Origin: Escherichia coli
GTDB lineage: Bacteria > Pseudomonadota > Gammaproteobacteria > Enterobacterales > Enterobacteriaceae
DNA: 64,000 nucleotides
Reading direction: 5' to 3' (one strand)
Assembly (NCBI RefSeq): GCF_050920415.1
Contig: NZ_CP169309.1
Shown here: piece after piece, positions 54,774-64,000 of the stretch
Numbering within the stretch: the first letter of the stretch is position 1
Layout: each line of letters opens with the position of its first letter
The notes under the pieces: generated by a model
Told to the model about the DNA's origin: nothing
Databases searched by the model: none
Seen by the model: the letters and a program-made list of their open reading frames with translations, nothing else
Position numbers and translations under genes: made by a program

Positions 54774-55012
54774 GTTAACCCTCTTAAATAAAAAACTAAC
54801 TTTATCCAGATAGTGTCCGTTAAGAAGTTTTCGTTACAACTAAGTTTCTAGGTAAATCATGAATCGACCTATAGTATCAAAAACATTTGGTGGTAAACAT
54901 CTGCATTTATCAAATGGCAGGAGCGATTTAGGGGCATAGGGATAGTGATGATATCGATACCCGCCCCCTCTTATGTCAACACAATGGCGTAAACTTAACG
55001 CTCACATCTCGC

Positions 55013-56269
55013 TCAAAGTGTGCTAGGAGATTTGGTTATGTTCAGGTGATACAAACCGTCAGTTTGACAATTAACAATCGATTCAACCCTCTTCCACCAT
55101 GCCAGGTAAGCTTTACGCTGTTCTTCTAGATAATCACTCTTATCATAAACTTGCCATACCCCTGGCAGCTTATGACCAAGCATAATTTCTGCGATATGAG
55201 GCGCAGTAAGATCAGAAAAATTTGTTCGAGCTGTACGTCTCAAGTCATGAAGAGACCAATGAGGGAATTGATATCCTAAACACCGCCATGCGTACTGCAT
55301 TAAATTGTAAGGCAGCGACTGCAATGATGTCCGACCAACGGGTTCCCTGCTTCCTTCCTTAGTAAAAAGCATATCGGAACCATTGTTCATAGAGATAGCG
55401 TACTTTATAAGCTCTTCAACCGGTTCAATAATGGGCCGCTTTAGCGGTTCGCCTGTTATCTCCCCAGTCTTATGTCGTTCTGGTGGTACAGTCCATACTT
55501 TATTAATGAAATCAAAATCGTCCACCCGGGCGGTAATTAGCTCTGAACTACGGCAACCAAAATGCAGCAATAGTTTAATGAAGGCCCGGTATTTAGGAAC
55601 CATTCGAGAACCATCGATCGCAGCATAAAGGATTTTAATTTCATCATGTGTCAGAAACCGTTTCTTCTGACCTTTACGGATATCCATATCTTTACCCGTG
55701 ATATCCGACAGCGGGCGAGTTTCAATGAGCTTTCTCTTATACGCCCAGACATGGGCCTGCTTTGCGTTAATTAGCAATCGGTCTGCTATTGCTGGAGTCT
55801 TAGTGCTAAGAGGCTCCAGGACTTCTAACCAATCATGCAATGTAGCTGCATCGTGAGGGATATTCCCGATTTTAGAGAACAGGTGCAGCTCAAACGAGCG
55901 AAGTATCTGTTCAGAACCTTTTTTATTTTTTACACAATATGCTTCATACCAAGCACGGATCACAGACTCTACCGTCATGGCTTCAGTAGCTTTTCGTTTT
56001 TCAGCCTGCTTGACCAATCGTGGATTACGGTTTGACTCGAGTTCACCACGAAGACGGATAACTTCTTCTCTGGCCTCTTTTAATCCAGTTGCCGGGTAAG
56101 TTCCGATATCAAGACGCTCACCTTTCCCTGCCCATTGATAACGATATTGGAACACTACGCGACCTTTCGGTGATACTCTGACAGACAGACCATCACGATC
56201 GGATTTAACCAAAACCTTATCACGTTCCTTTCCAACGACTGAACGCAACCACGCATCAGACAGCGCCAT
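55013..56269 (-). CDS. int: Tyrosine site-specific integrase
   Basis: 418 aa; C-terminal catalytic region with ...HDLRRT... and ...MLGH...; adjacent to the att core. Confidence 0.9.
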   Translation of the reverse strand: MALSDAWLRSVVGKERDKVLVKSDRDGLSVRVSPKGRVVFQYRYQWAGKGERLDIGTYPATGLKEAREEVIRLRGELESNRNPRLVKQAEKRKATEAMTVESVIRAWYEAYCVKNKKGSEQILRSFELHLFSKIGNIPHDAATLHDWLEVLEPLSTKTPAIADRLLINAKQAHVWAYKRKLIETRPLSDITGKDMDIRKGQKKRFLTHDEIKILYAAIDGSRMVPKYRAFIKLLLHFGCRSSELITARVDDFDFINKVWTVPPERHKTGEITGEPLKRPIIEPVEELIKYAISMNNGSDMLFTKEGSREPVGRTSLQSLPYNLMQYAWRCLGYQFPHWSLHDLRRTARTNFSDLTAPHIAEIMLGHKLPGVWQVYDKSDYLEEQRKAYLAWWKRVESIVNCQTDGLYHLNITKSPSTL

Positions 56270-56313
56270 TACTCACCTTGTACAAATCGCAAAACACCTC
56301 TGCTGTTTTGTAC

Positions 56314-56335
56314 ATTATGTACAAGCATATGTACA
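56314..56335. repeat. Candidate integrase arm-type binding repeat, right arm
   Basis: ATTATGTACAAGCATATGTACA, near-identical to 8993-9015; further TGTACA motifs at 56280-56310. Confidence 0.45.
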
Positions 56336-56499
56336 GATTTTTGATGAAAGCAAGCTGATCGATTTAAAGTTACATGAAAGAGTTTTCAATTAAAGAAGCT
56401 ACATAACCAAATGTATTTAAATGAGTTACATAACTCAACCTAAATTAACTGAAAGGATTTTGAAAGAGTAAAAGAGCTTTAATTTGGGCTTAATTATTG

Positions 56500-56513
56500 G
56501 GGTGAGAAATAAT
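56500..56513. repeat. Attachment-site core, yjjG-proximal junction
   Basis: GGGTGAGAAATAAT, identical to 8915-8928. Confidence 0.75.
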
Positions 56514-56517
56514 GGCA

Positions 56518-56564
56518 AAAGTGCGGCGCTTCGCCACCTCTTGCAAATAAGGAGACAACGTCAT
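56518..56564 (-). pseudogene. prfC: Displaced native 5' end of prfC (the att core 56500-56513 encodes its last residues)
   Basis: Reverse strand reads ATGACGTTGTCTCCTTATTTGCAAGAGGTGGCGAAGCGCCGCACTTTTGCCATTATTTCTCACCC = [22 protein letters not shown], then leaves the prfC frame at the core. Confidence 0.8.
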
Positions 56565-56654
56565 AATTCTTTCTTCTTGAGTAAGCGGCATCGCGCCGCG
56601 CTTGTTGAAAACGAAAAATTGCGGCTATTTTACCCATCAACGGGGGGGAGGCAA

Positions 56655-57332
56655 TCAGTGTTTACACAGGAGCTGCTCCAGTTCGTGCAACGAAGAAACG
56701 GTCCAGGTAGGCGCGATGCCTTCTGGTTGCTCGCGATTGTGAGCATTCAGCCAGCAGGTCGCAAGCCCGGCGTTGATGCCACCGAGAATATCGGACTCGG
56801 CAGTGTCGCCAACCATCAGCACGCGTGAACGGTCAGGATTGCCCGCCTGTTCCAGCGCATAATCGAAAATTTTCTTATTCGGTTTGGCTACGCCAACTTC
56901 TTCGGAAATCACCAACAAATCGAAATAATCACGCAGGCCCGTGCGTTCCAGACGCACTTGCTGCAAGGCGCTAAAGCCGTTGGTGATGATGCCGATTTTG
57001 GCGTTGCCGCGAATGGCATTAAGCAGGGAAACCGCGCCCGGCAGCGGTGTGCAAATTTCCGCCATCGCATTAATGAAGGCCTCGTTGAGTTTACCTGGCT
57101 CGACGTTCAGCCGTTCGGCCCAGCTCTCAAAACGCCCGTGCTGAAGCTGTAATGAAGTGATCGCACCGTTTTGATAATCTACCCACAGGGGCTTGTTAAC
57201 GGCCTGATAGTCCTGAAAATCTTCAGCGGTAAAAGTGACGCTGTAATCAAGAAACATCCGCTGCAGGCCGGTGAACGAGTCAAAAGTAAACAGCGTTTCA
57301 TCGGCATCAAAGAAAATCCAGTCCCACTTCAT
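56655..57332 (-). CDS. yjjG: HAD-family pyrimidine 5'-nucleotidase
   Basis: [15 protein letters not shown]... with HAD motifs; 225 aa. Confidence 0.9.
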   Translation of the reverse strand: MKWDWIFFDADETLFTFDSFTGLQRMFLDYSVTFTAEDFQDYQAVNKPLWVDYQNGAITSLQLQHGRFESWAERLNVEPGKLNEAFINAMAEICTPLPGAVSLLNAIRGNAKIGIITNGFSALQQVRLERTGLRDYFDLLVISEEVGVAKPNKKIFDYALEQAGNPDRSRVLMVGDTAESDILGGINAGLATCWLNAHNREQPEGIAPTWTVSSLHELEQLLCKH

Positions 57333-57346
57333 TATTCCACCTTGTC

Positions 57347-57793
57347 TTACATACTGATTGGCAACGCCATGATGATGGCGTCTTCGCGACCGTCCTTGGT
57401 GGGGTAGTAATTGCGGCGAATCGTCGCCTCGTTAAAGCCTAAACTTTCGTACAGGGCAATGGCGGCAGCGTTTGAGGCACGGACTTCCAGCCATAGTGTC
57501 GCCACGCCGCGTTTTTCCAGTTCGTCGATCAGATGTTCCAGCAGCGCCCTTCCCAGCCCCTGACGCTGATAGTCGGGATCGACCGCAATATTGAACAATG
57601 TAGCTTCATCCAGCACCACTTGCGTAATCGCAAACGCCGCCATTTTGCCGTTTTGCGTTAACTGAAAGTTGAGATAACGCTCGCCCTGGTTGCTGGCAAA
57701 GGTTTTTTCACTCCACGGAAAGGCGTGGGCGCGTTGTTCAATGTGGTAAGCCGCTGGTAAATCAGTCGTTTCGAGGGAAGAAATCGTGTTCAT
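57347..57793 (-). CDS. rimI: Ribosomal protein S18 alanine N-acetyltransferase
   Basis: [32 protein letters not shown]... GNAT fold; 148 aa. Confidence 0.9.
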   Translation of the reverse strand: MNTISSLETTDLPAAYHIEQRAHAFPWSEKTFASNQGERYLNFQLTQNGKMAAFAITQVVLDEATLFNIAVDPDYQRQGLGRALLEHLIDELEKRGVATLWLEVRASNAAAIALYESLGFNEATIRRNYYPTKDGREDAIIMALPISM

Positions 57794-58175
57794 ATGTGCA
57801 AATTTGTTGCCATAACGCGGCGCGTGCCGTTGGGTTTGCCCGTAATTCGGTGAGCGCTGGTGATGCCACCTGAGCGCCTTCCAGTGATAGCGGTTCATCA
57901 GTACCCAACCGCCAGCTGTTGCAGCGACTACCTTGCGGCAGCATCGCGATCTTTTCTGGCGTCAGTTGCAGCACCTGGTCGGGGCTGACGGTTAATGCAC
58001 GCAGAACATCGCTCACTAAAGGATCGGTCAGGGCGGGAAGATCATTTGCCACCATCACCAGACGGACGTGTGCCGGGATCGCAATGGCAATCTCCCCCTG
58101 CAACGCGCCAGGGCGACGCAGCGACCACTGGGTAATGCCCAGCTGCTGTAACTGCCAGTCTCGTCGGGATGTCAT
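57762..58175 (-). CDS. holD: DNA polymerase III psi subunit
   Basis: MTSRRDWQLQQLGITQWSLRRPGALQGEIAIAIPAHVRLVMVANDLP...; 137 aa. Confidence 0.9.
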   Translation of the reverse strand: MTSRRDWQLQQLGITQWSLRRPGALQGEIAIAIPAHVRLVMVANDLPALTDPLVSDVLRALTVSPDQVLQLTPEKIAMLPQGSRCNSWRLGTDEPLSLEGAQVASPALTELRANPTARAALWQQICTYEHDFFPRND

Positions 58176-58277
58176 AGCGAATCGCTCCTGTTGTCAGGGG
58201 CGCAAATATAGCAAATTCGTCGATACCGCGCCAACATATGGCTATAATCGCCGCCAGTATCAATTGAGGAGCATTCC

Positions 58278-59309
58278 ATGTCTGCATTTACCCCGGCAAG
58301 TGAAGTCTTGCTGCGTCACAGTGATGATTTCGAACAAAGCCGTATTCTGTTTGCCGGAGACTTACAGGATGACCTGCCCGCGCGTTTAGATACCGCGGCC
58401 AGCCGTGCTCATACCCAGCAATTCCACCATTGGCAGGTGTTAAGCCGCCAAATGGGTGATAACGCCCGTTTTAGCCTGGTGGCAACGGCGGATGACGTCG
58501 CAGATTGCGATACTTTGATTTACTACTGGCCGAAGAACAAACCGGAAGCCCAGTTTCAGTTAATGAATTTACTTTCTCTGCTGCCGGTGGGGACGGATAT
58601 TTTTGTTGTTGGCGAGAACCGCAGCGGCGTGCGCAGCGCCGAGCAGATGCTTGCAGATTATGCGCCGTTGAATAAAGTCGACAGCGCCCGTCGCTGTGGC
58701 CTCTATTTTGGTCGTCTGGAAAAACAGCCGGTATTTGATGCCGATAAATTCTGGGGCGAATACAGCGTCGATGGCCTGACGGTGAAAACGCTGCCTGGCG
58801 TGTTTAGCCGCGACGGTCTGGATGTCGGTAGCCAGTTGCTGCTCTCGACGTTAACTCCGCACACGAAAGGTAAAGTGCTGGATGTCGGCTGCGGTGCAGG
58901 CGTTCTTTCAGTTGCCTTTGCACGCCACTCACCGAAGATTCGTCTCACGTTGTGCGATGTTTCTGCGCCAGCAGTTGAAGCCAGCCGTGCAACACTTGCG
59001 GCCAACGGTGTTGAAGGTGAAGTCTTTGCCAGCAACGTCTTTTCTGAGGTGAAAGGTCGTTTTGATATGATCATCTCCAATCCGCCGTTCCACGATGGGA
59101 TGCAAACCAGTCTGGATGCAGCACAAACGCTGATTCGCGGCGCGGTGCGTCATCTTAACAGCGGCGGCGAGCTGAGAATTGTGGCGAACGCCTTCCTGCC
59201 TTACCCGGACGTGCTGGATGAGACATTTGGCTTCCACGAAGTGATCGCGCAAACCGGGCGCTTCAAGGTGTATCGCGCCATTATGACCCGCCAGGCGAAG
59301 AAAGGTTAA
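58278..59309 (+). CDS. rsmC: 16S rRNA m2G1207 methyltransferase
   Basis: 343 aa with GCGAG SAM motif ([12 protein letters not shown]) and NPPFH catalytic motif. Confidence 0.9.
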   Translation: MSAFTPASEVLLRHSDDFEQSRILFAGDLQDDLPARLDTAASRAHTQQFHHWQVLSRQMGDNARFSLVATADDVADCDTLIYYWPKNKPEAQFQLMNLLSLLPVGTDIFVVGENRSGVRSAEQMLADYAPLNKVDSARRCGLYFGRLEKQPVFDADKFWGEYSVDGLTVKTLPGVFSRDGLDVGSQLLLSTLTPHTKGKVLDVGCGAGVLSVAFARHSPKIRLTLCDVSAPAVEASRATLAANGVEGEVFASNVFSEVKGRFDMIISNPPFHDGMQTSLDAAQTLIRGAVRHLNSGGELRIVANAFLPYPDVLDETFGFHEVIAQTGRFKVYRAIMTRQAKKG

Positions 59310-59319
59310 GTATCCCGCC

Positions 59320-59500
<181 letters not shown>

Positions 59501-59617
59501 CCCGATGGACATTTTTCCAGCAATTACACCTCCGTCGATAATTAACTATTGACGAAAAGCTGAAAACCACTAGAATGCGCCTCCGTGGTAGCAATTCTTT
59601 TTAAGAATTGATGGTAT

Positions 59618-59704
59618 GCGAAGGTGGCGGAATTGGTAGACGCGCTAGCTTCAGGTGTTAGTGTCCTTACGGACGTGGGGGTTCAAGTCCCCCCCCTCGC
59701 ACCA
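59618..59704 (+). tRNA. leuQ: tRNA-Leu (anticodon CAG), 87 nt
   Basis: GCGAAGGTGGCGGAATTGGTAGACGCGCTAGCTTCAGGTGTTAGTGTCCTTACGGACGTGGGGGTTCAAGTCCCCCCCCTCGCACCA; which of leuQ/P/V each copy is depends on orientation. Confidence 0.9.
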
Positions 59705-59732
59705 AAAACCACGTTGATATTGCTCGCACTGG

Positions 59733-59819
59733 GCGAAGGTGGCGGAATTGGTAGACGCGCTAGCTTCAGGTGTTAGTGTTCTTACGGACGTGGGGGTTCA
59801 AGTCCCCCCCCTCGCACCA
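59733..59819 (+). tRNA. leuP: tRNA-Leu (anticodon CAG), 87 nt, one variable-arm substitution
   Basis: Same sequence with GTGTTC instead of GTGTCC. Confidence 0.9.
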
Positions 59820-59853
59820 AACGAGGCGATATCAAAAAAAGTAAGATGACTGT

Positions 59854-59940
59854 GCGAAGGTGGCGGAATTGGTAGACGCGCTAGCTTCAGGTGTTAGTGT
59901 CCTTACGGACGTGGGGGTTCAAGTCCCCCCCCTCGCACCA
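59854..59940 (+). tRNA. leuV: tRNA-Leu (anticodon CAG), 87 nt
   Basis: Third tandem copy, identical to the first. Confidence 0.9.
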
Positions 59941-59967
59941 ATTATCTTTACTTCCTTCCTTGTTTTT

Positions 59968-60204
59968 TCATCCCTGATTCAAATTCATTATCATCAGCAT
60001 GACGCCAGCAATAAGCACCAGGCACGATGGTAGCAAAATGTAATGCCGTAACTGTTTGTGATACAACATCACCGGCGTCAACACCAATCCCATCAGAATG
60101 ACAATCCGCCACTGATCCGGCGATAAATCCGCATACGTCAGCCCTGCAATCAGCAATCCTGGCAGAAACACTCCCCAGCCACTGCCCAGCATACGTTGCA
60201 ACAT
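59968..60204 (-). CDS. yjjZ: Small DUF1435 inner-membrane protein
   Basis: MLQRMLGSGWGVFLPGLLIAGLTYADLSPDQWRIVILMGLVLTPVMLYH...; start trimmed to the internal Met. Confidence 0.7.
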   Translation of the reverse strand: MLQRMLGSGWGVFLPGLLIAGLTYADLSPDQWRIVILMGLVLTPVMLYHKQLRHYILLPSCLVLIAGVMLMIMNLNQG

Positions 60205-60344
60205 GGTTTCATCTCTTTCATTGATAATGATAACCAATATCATATGATAATTTTTATCATTTGCAAGTCAGAGAAATCCCTTGCTATCGAATAAACCTAT
60301 CGCTAGGATTAGCAATCATTATCATTTAGATTACTATCCCGATT

Positions 60345-61133
60345 ATGGCCTATCGTTCCGCACCGCTCTATGAAGATGTTATCTGGCGAACGCATCTCCA
60401 GCCGCAGGATGCTGGGCTTGCACAAGCAGTACGTGCGACGATCGCCGAACATCGTGAACATTTGCTCGAGTTTATCCGTCTGGATGAACCCGCCCCGCTT
60501 AACGCCATGACGCTGGCGCAATGGTCATCACCGAATGCGTTAAGTTCTCTGTTAGCTGTTTATTCCGATCATATCTACCGCAATCAACCAACGATGATCC
60601 GCGAGAATAAGCCGCTGATCTCCCTGTGGGCGCAATGGTACATCGGCCTGATGGTGCCGCCATTAATGCTGGCCCTGTTAACGCAGGAAAAAGCATTAGA
60701 TGTGACGCCGGAACATTTCCTCGTTGAGTTTCACGAAACCGGACGCGCCGCCTGTTTCTGGGTCGATGTGTATGAAGATAAAAACGCAACACCACATTCA
60801 CCGCAGCAGCGAATGGAAACGTTAATCAGCCAGGCGCTTGTTCCGGTTGTGCAGGCACTAGAAGCAACGGGAGAGATTAACGGTAAACTTATCTGGAGCA
60901 ATACCGGTTATTTGATCAACTGGTACCTCACTGAGATGAAGCAGCTGCTCGGCGAGGCGACGGTTGAATCGCTGCGCCATGCCCTCTTTTTTGAGAAAAC
61001 GCTCACTACCGGTGAAGATAATCCACTCTGGCGTACCGTGGTGCTGCGCGACGGCCTGCTGGTGCGCCGCACTTGCTGCCAGCGTTATCGCTTGCCGGAT
61101 GTGCAGCAATGTGGTGACTGTACGCTGAAATAG
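60345..61133 (+). CDS. fhuF: Ferric-siderophore reductase FhuF
   Basis: 262 aa ending in the C-C-x10-C-x2-C cluster (RRTCCQRYRLPDVQQCGDCTLK). Confidence 0.9.
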   Translation: MAYRSAPLYEDVIWRTHLQPQDAGLAQAVRATIAEHREHLLEFIRLDEPAPLNAMTLAQWSSPNALSSLLAVYSDHIYRNQPTMIRENKPLISLWAQWYIGLMVPPLMLALLTQEKALDVTPEHFLVEFHETGRAACFWVDVYEDKNATPHSPQQRMETLISQALVPVVQALEATGEINGKLIWSNTGYLINWYLTEMKQLLGEATVESLRHALFFEKTLTTGEDNPLWRTVVLRDGLLVRRTCCQRYRLPDVQQCGDCTLK

Positions 61134-61171
61134 AAAAATTTGCCGGGGAAGTAAACCCGGCATTAAGCGTA

Positions 61172-61849
61172 TTAATAGGGGTGCAACACGTTACTTGCTT
61201 CGCAATGACGCATACATAACAGAATGTCTGCGGCCTCCAACAACCCTGCATCAGAACTGACGCCCAGTTTCGACATTACATTAAATTTATGCGCGCGGAT
61301 CGTTTTGATATTGCGTTTAAGCTGCTCGGCAATTTGTGTCATTGAGTAGCCACGCGACATAAAACGCAATATTTCTCTCTCCGTCGGGCTTAGCGTCCGG
61401 CTTTGGTTAATGTACCACTGATTGTTCAATCGGTCGGTCGCCTGACGCACACCATTTAATGACAAAAAGAGTTCCTGATGAAAAATCTCCAGCGTCGACG
61501 CTTTACTTAATACACCGTCCAGCGGTGATGGCGACAATGAACCAATCAGCCGAGCTTCAATATCATCATCCGCAATAACTAAACGTCGGGTACGCGGAAA
61601 CTTAATCGCCAGTTCAGTCAGGCAAGATAATCCCTCTCTGCGTTTACTTCTCATGGCAGAAAAAGAAAAAATGACCGCCGCAAATGAGATCCGCGACATG
61701 GCATCCTGAAATGACTCCTGACTGGTATAGATATGGAGCTTATAAGGGTTACCTGCAAACTTTCTGAATAAACTCTCAATACCGATACTGCTCATGACGC
61801 ATTTTTCTATGAGTGCGACATTTCTCTTCTTAATTCGGCTGTGTTCCAT
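61172..61849 (-). CDS. bglJ: LuxR-family transcriptional regulator BglJ
   Basis: 225 aa with C-terminal LuxR HTH ([45 protein letters not shown]). Confidence 0.85.
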
Positions 61850-62532
61850 TCTGCGGCATCTCCATAAACAGAAGGCAAGTTAAGTTCTCTTGCACCCTGC
61901 GCGCTATTTATCCATGCATACATTTCAGCGTTGCTGTGAATTGCCAGTCGACGCATCGCACTGTTTTTTTGGGCGCTGATAGTTTTATTACTTTTCTTAA
62001 GCAATGAAGCTATCTGGTTGATGCCCCATCCTTTACCTAATAGCCGCAGTACTTTGCGCTCTGAAAGAGTGAGAATAACGGAGCGATAGCTAAAATCATG
62101 CGTTTCAGTCATTGCCGGAGAGGTCAGCATGGCACTGATACGCTCTGCGTGCGTATTGCCAGAACGCACGGTCTTGACCAGATTCTCAATGGGTTCAACA
62201 TCAGACAATAATGTCGCCGTAGGGCACATGAGCAGTTCTACCGCCTGGGAATACCAGGAGCGTGACACCATGAAAACCCAGTGAATTTCCCGATATTGTG
62301 AGATTAAAGAATAATAATGCTCACAAACAGAACGAGGATCTTCACTTTCACCGGCTAAATCTGCAATAACTAATCCGGAACGACGTAATTGTAATAAGGT
62401 AAGGTCCTCCGCAGAGGCGCTGGATATTATTTCATATTCAGGGAAGTGAGTCCTCATGACCTCTTTTAACCCTGCTTGCATAACAGGTATTTTACTGATA
62501 ACAATTCCATTTTTGCAGCATCCTGGCAACAT
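61807..62532 (-). CDS. yjjQ: LuxR-family regulator YjjQ
   Basis: 241 aa with C-terminal LuxR HTH ([41 protein letters not shown]); overlaps bglJ as in K-12. Confidence 0.85.
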
Positions 62533-63152
62533 ATTTCCTCCACATCCACTGTCTAAAAATCATGATGGTCTATTCAGGATATTCATTCCTTAAATGTTTC
62601 CAGCAAATTAATAGATTAAGCGAATAAATTATCCTTTGCATTCACTTTCATATCAGCATACTCCTGCTGCACAATAACTCCACTGCATGTGTCAGAAGGT
62701 TAGCATCAAATGATAACCTGGTGAAATAGCCTGGAGACATTTAAAATATCTACATTAAGTTGTTAGAAATACTTAATGAAAAACAGAATTCTCATTCATT
62801 TAATTTATAATTAAAAAATATTTCTTCTCGCAAAATAAAAAATCACACAATCAATATTTATTCAATAAAATCTGATAGTTTTATCTTTTTTAAAGCCTAA
62901 AAAAGCACTCAGTTATTGATAATCCCGATTCGTAAAAACCAGACCATACATTCATTATGCCGATAATATTCACGTTATAATTTGTTTACAGCTTGAGATT
63001 ATTCGTTTTTTACCCTCCGAGCCTCTCCCGATAACCAGGATTAATCAGCGCAATTTTGATCTTAACCTGCCGCAAAACAACCGCGCTTCATGATACAAAT
63101 GGATTCTCATAATTTGAACAATACGCAGCGCGTCTATGACAAAGGGCGAGTT

Positions 63153-63923
63153 ATGCAAACTGAGCAACAGCGAGCCGTAACACGGCTTTGTATCCAGTGC
63201 GGATTATTTCTTTTGCAACATGGTGCGGAAAGCGCGTTGGTCGATGAACTTTCCTCACGACTGGGTCGGGCGCTGGGAATGGACAGCGTCGAAAGTTCTA
63301 TCTCTTCGAACGCCATCGTACTGACAACCATTAAAGATGGGCAATGCCTGACATCGACACGTAAAAATCACGATCGCGGCATTAATATGCATGTGGTGAC
63401 TGAAGTCCAGCACATTGTGATTCTGGCGGAGCATCATCTGCTGGATTACAAAGGCGTAGAGAAAAGATTTAGCCAAATTCAGCCATTACGTTACCCGCGA
63501 TGGCTGGTAGCCTTGATGGTCGGCCTTTCTTGCGCCTGTTTCTGTAAACTCAATAACGGTGGCTGGGACGGTGCCGTCATCACCTTCTTTGCCAGTACGG
63601 CCGCGATGTATATCCGCCAGCTGCTGGCACAACGTCATCTTCATCCACAGATCAACTTTTGCCTCACCGCTTTCGCCGCCACCACCATTTCCGGTTTGCT
63701 TTTGCAACTTCCCACTTTCAGTAATACCCCCACCATTGCGATGGCCGCCAGCGTTCTCTTGCTGGTACCGGGCTTTCCGTTGATTAATGCCGTCGCCGAT
63801 ATGTTTAAAGGCCACATCAATACCGGACTGGCACGCTGGGCGATCGCCAGTCTGCTGACACTGGCTACCTGCGTCGGCGTGGTGATGGCACTGACGATTT
63901 GGGGGCTACGCGGATGGGTGTGA
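63153..63923 (+). CDS. yjjP: ThrE-family inner-membrane transporter YjjP
   Basis: [30 protein letters not shown]...; start trimmed to give ~256 aa. Confidence 0.8.
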
Positions 63924-64000
63924 TCGAATTTCTGTTAGCGTTGGCGCAGGATATGATCCTCGCCGCCATTCCTGCAGTCGGCTTTGCGATGGTGTTCAAC
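63914..64000 (+). CDS. yjjB: YjjB membrane protein, N-terminal fragment; gene continues beyond the window
   Basis: [29 protein letters not shown]; start overlaps the yjjP stop. Confidence 0.7.

Overview
The window is Escherichia coli chromosome (K-12-like backbone in reverse orientation) carrying a ~47.6 kb lambdoid prophage inserted into the 5' end of prfC. Host genes on the left are deoA (partial), deoC, yjjI, yjjW, yjjV, yjjU, ytjA, osmY and prfC; on the right yjjG, rimI, holD, rsmC, three tRNA-Leu genes, yjjZ, fhuF, bglJ, yjjQ, yjjP and yjjB (partial). The prophage (about 8915-56513) is bounded by a ~14 bp direct-repeat core (GGGTGAGAAATAAT); it supplies a replacement prfC 5' end, and the displaced native 5' end survives next to yjjG. 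It is mosaic: a lambda-like head/tail module with cos (Nu1 through J, lom, stf, tfa), a phage-21-like lysis cassette (pinholin, SAR endolysin, Rz/Rz1), a Q antiterminator followed by an Stx-phage-style cargo island with tRNAs but no toxin genes, a nin/replication region, a cI/cro immunity region, a CPS-53-like early-left operon (yfdP/Q/R-like, DUF551, xis) and a tyrosine integrase. All calls rest on reading the supplied ORF translations and the DNA by eye and on recalled protein families; no search was run. The candidates for something undescribed are orphan genes at prophage hotspots: an AT-rich gene between xis and int, two genes wedged between holin and endolysin, an ORF-poor structured segment beside cI, and the Q-to-holin cargo island. 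None can be assigned a function from sequence alone.
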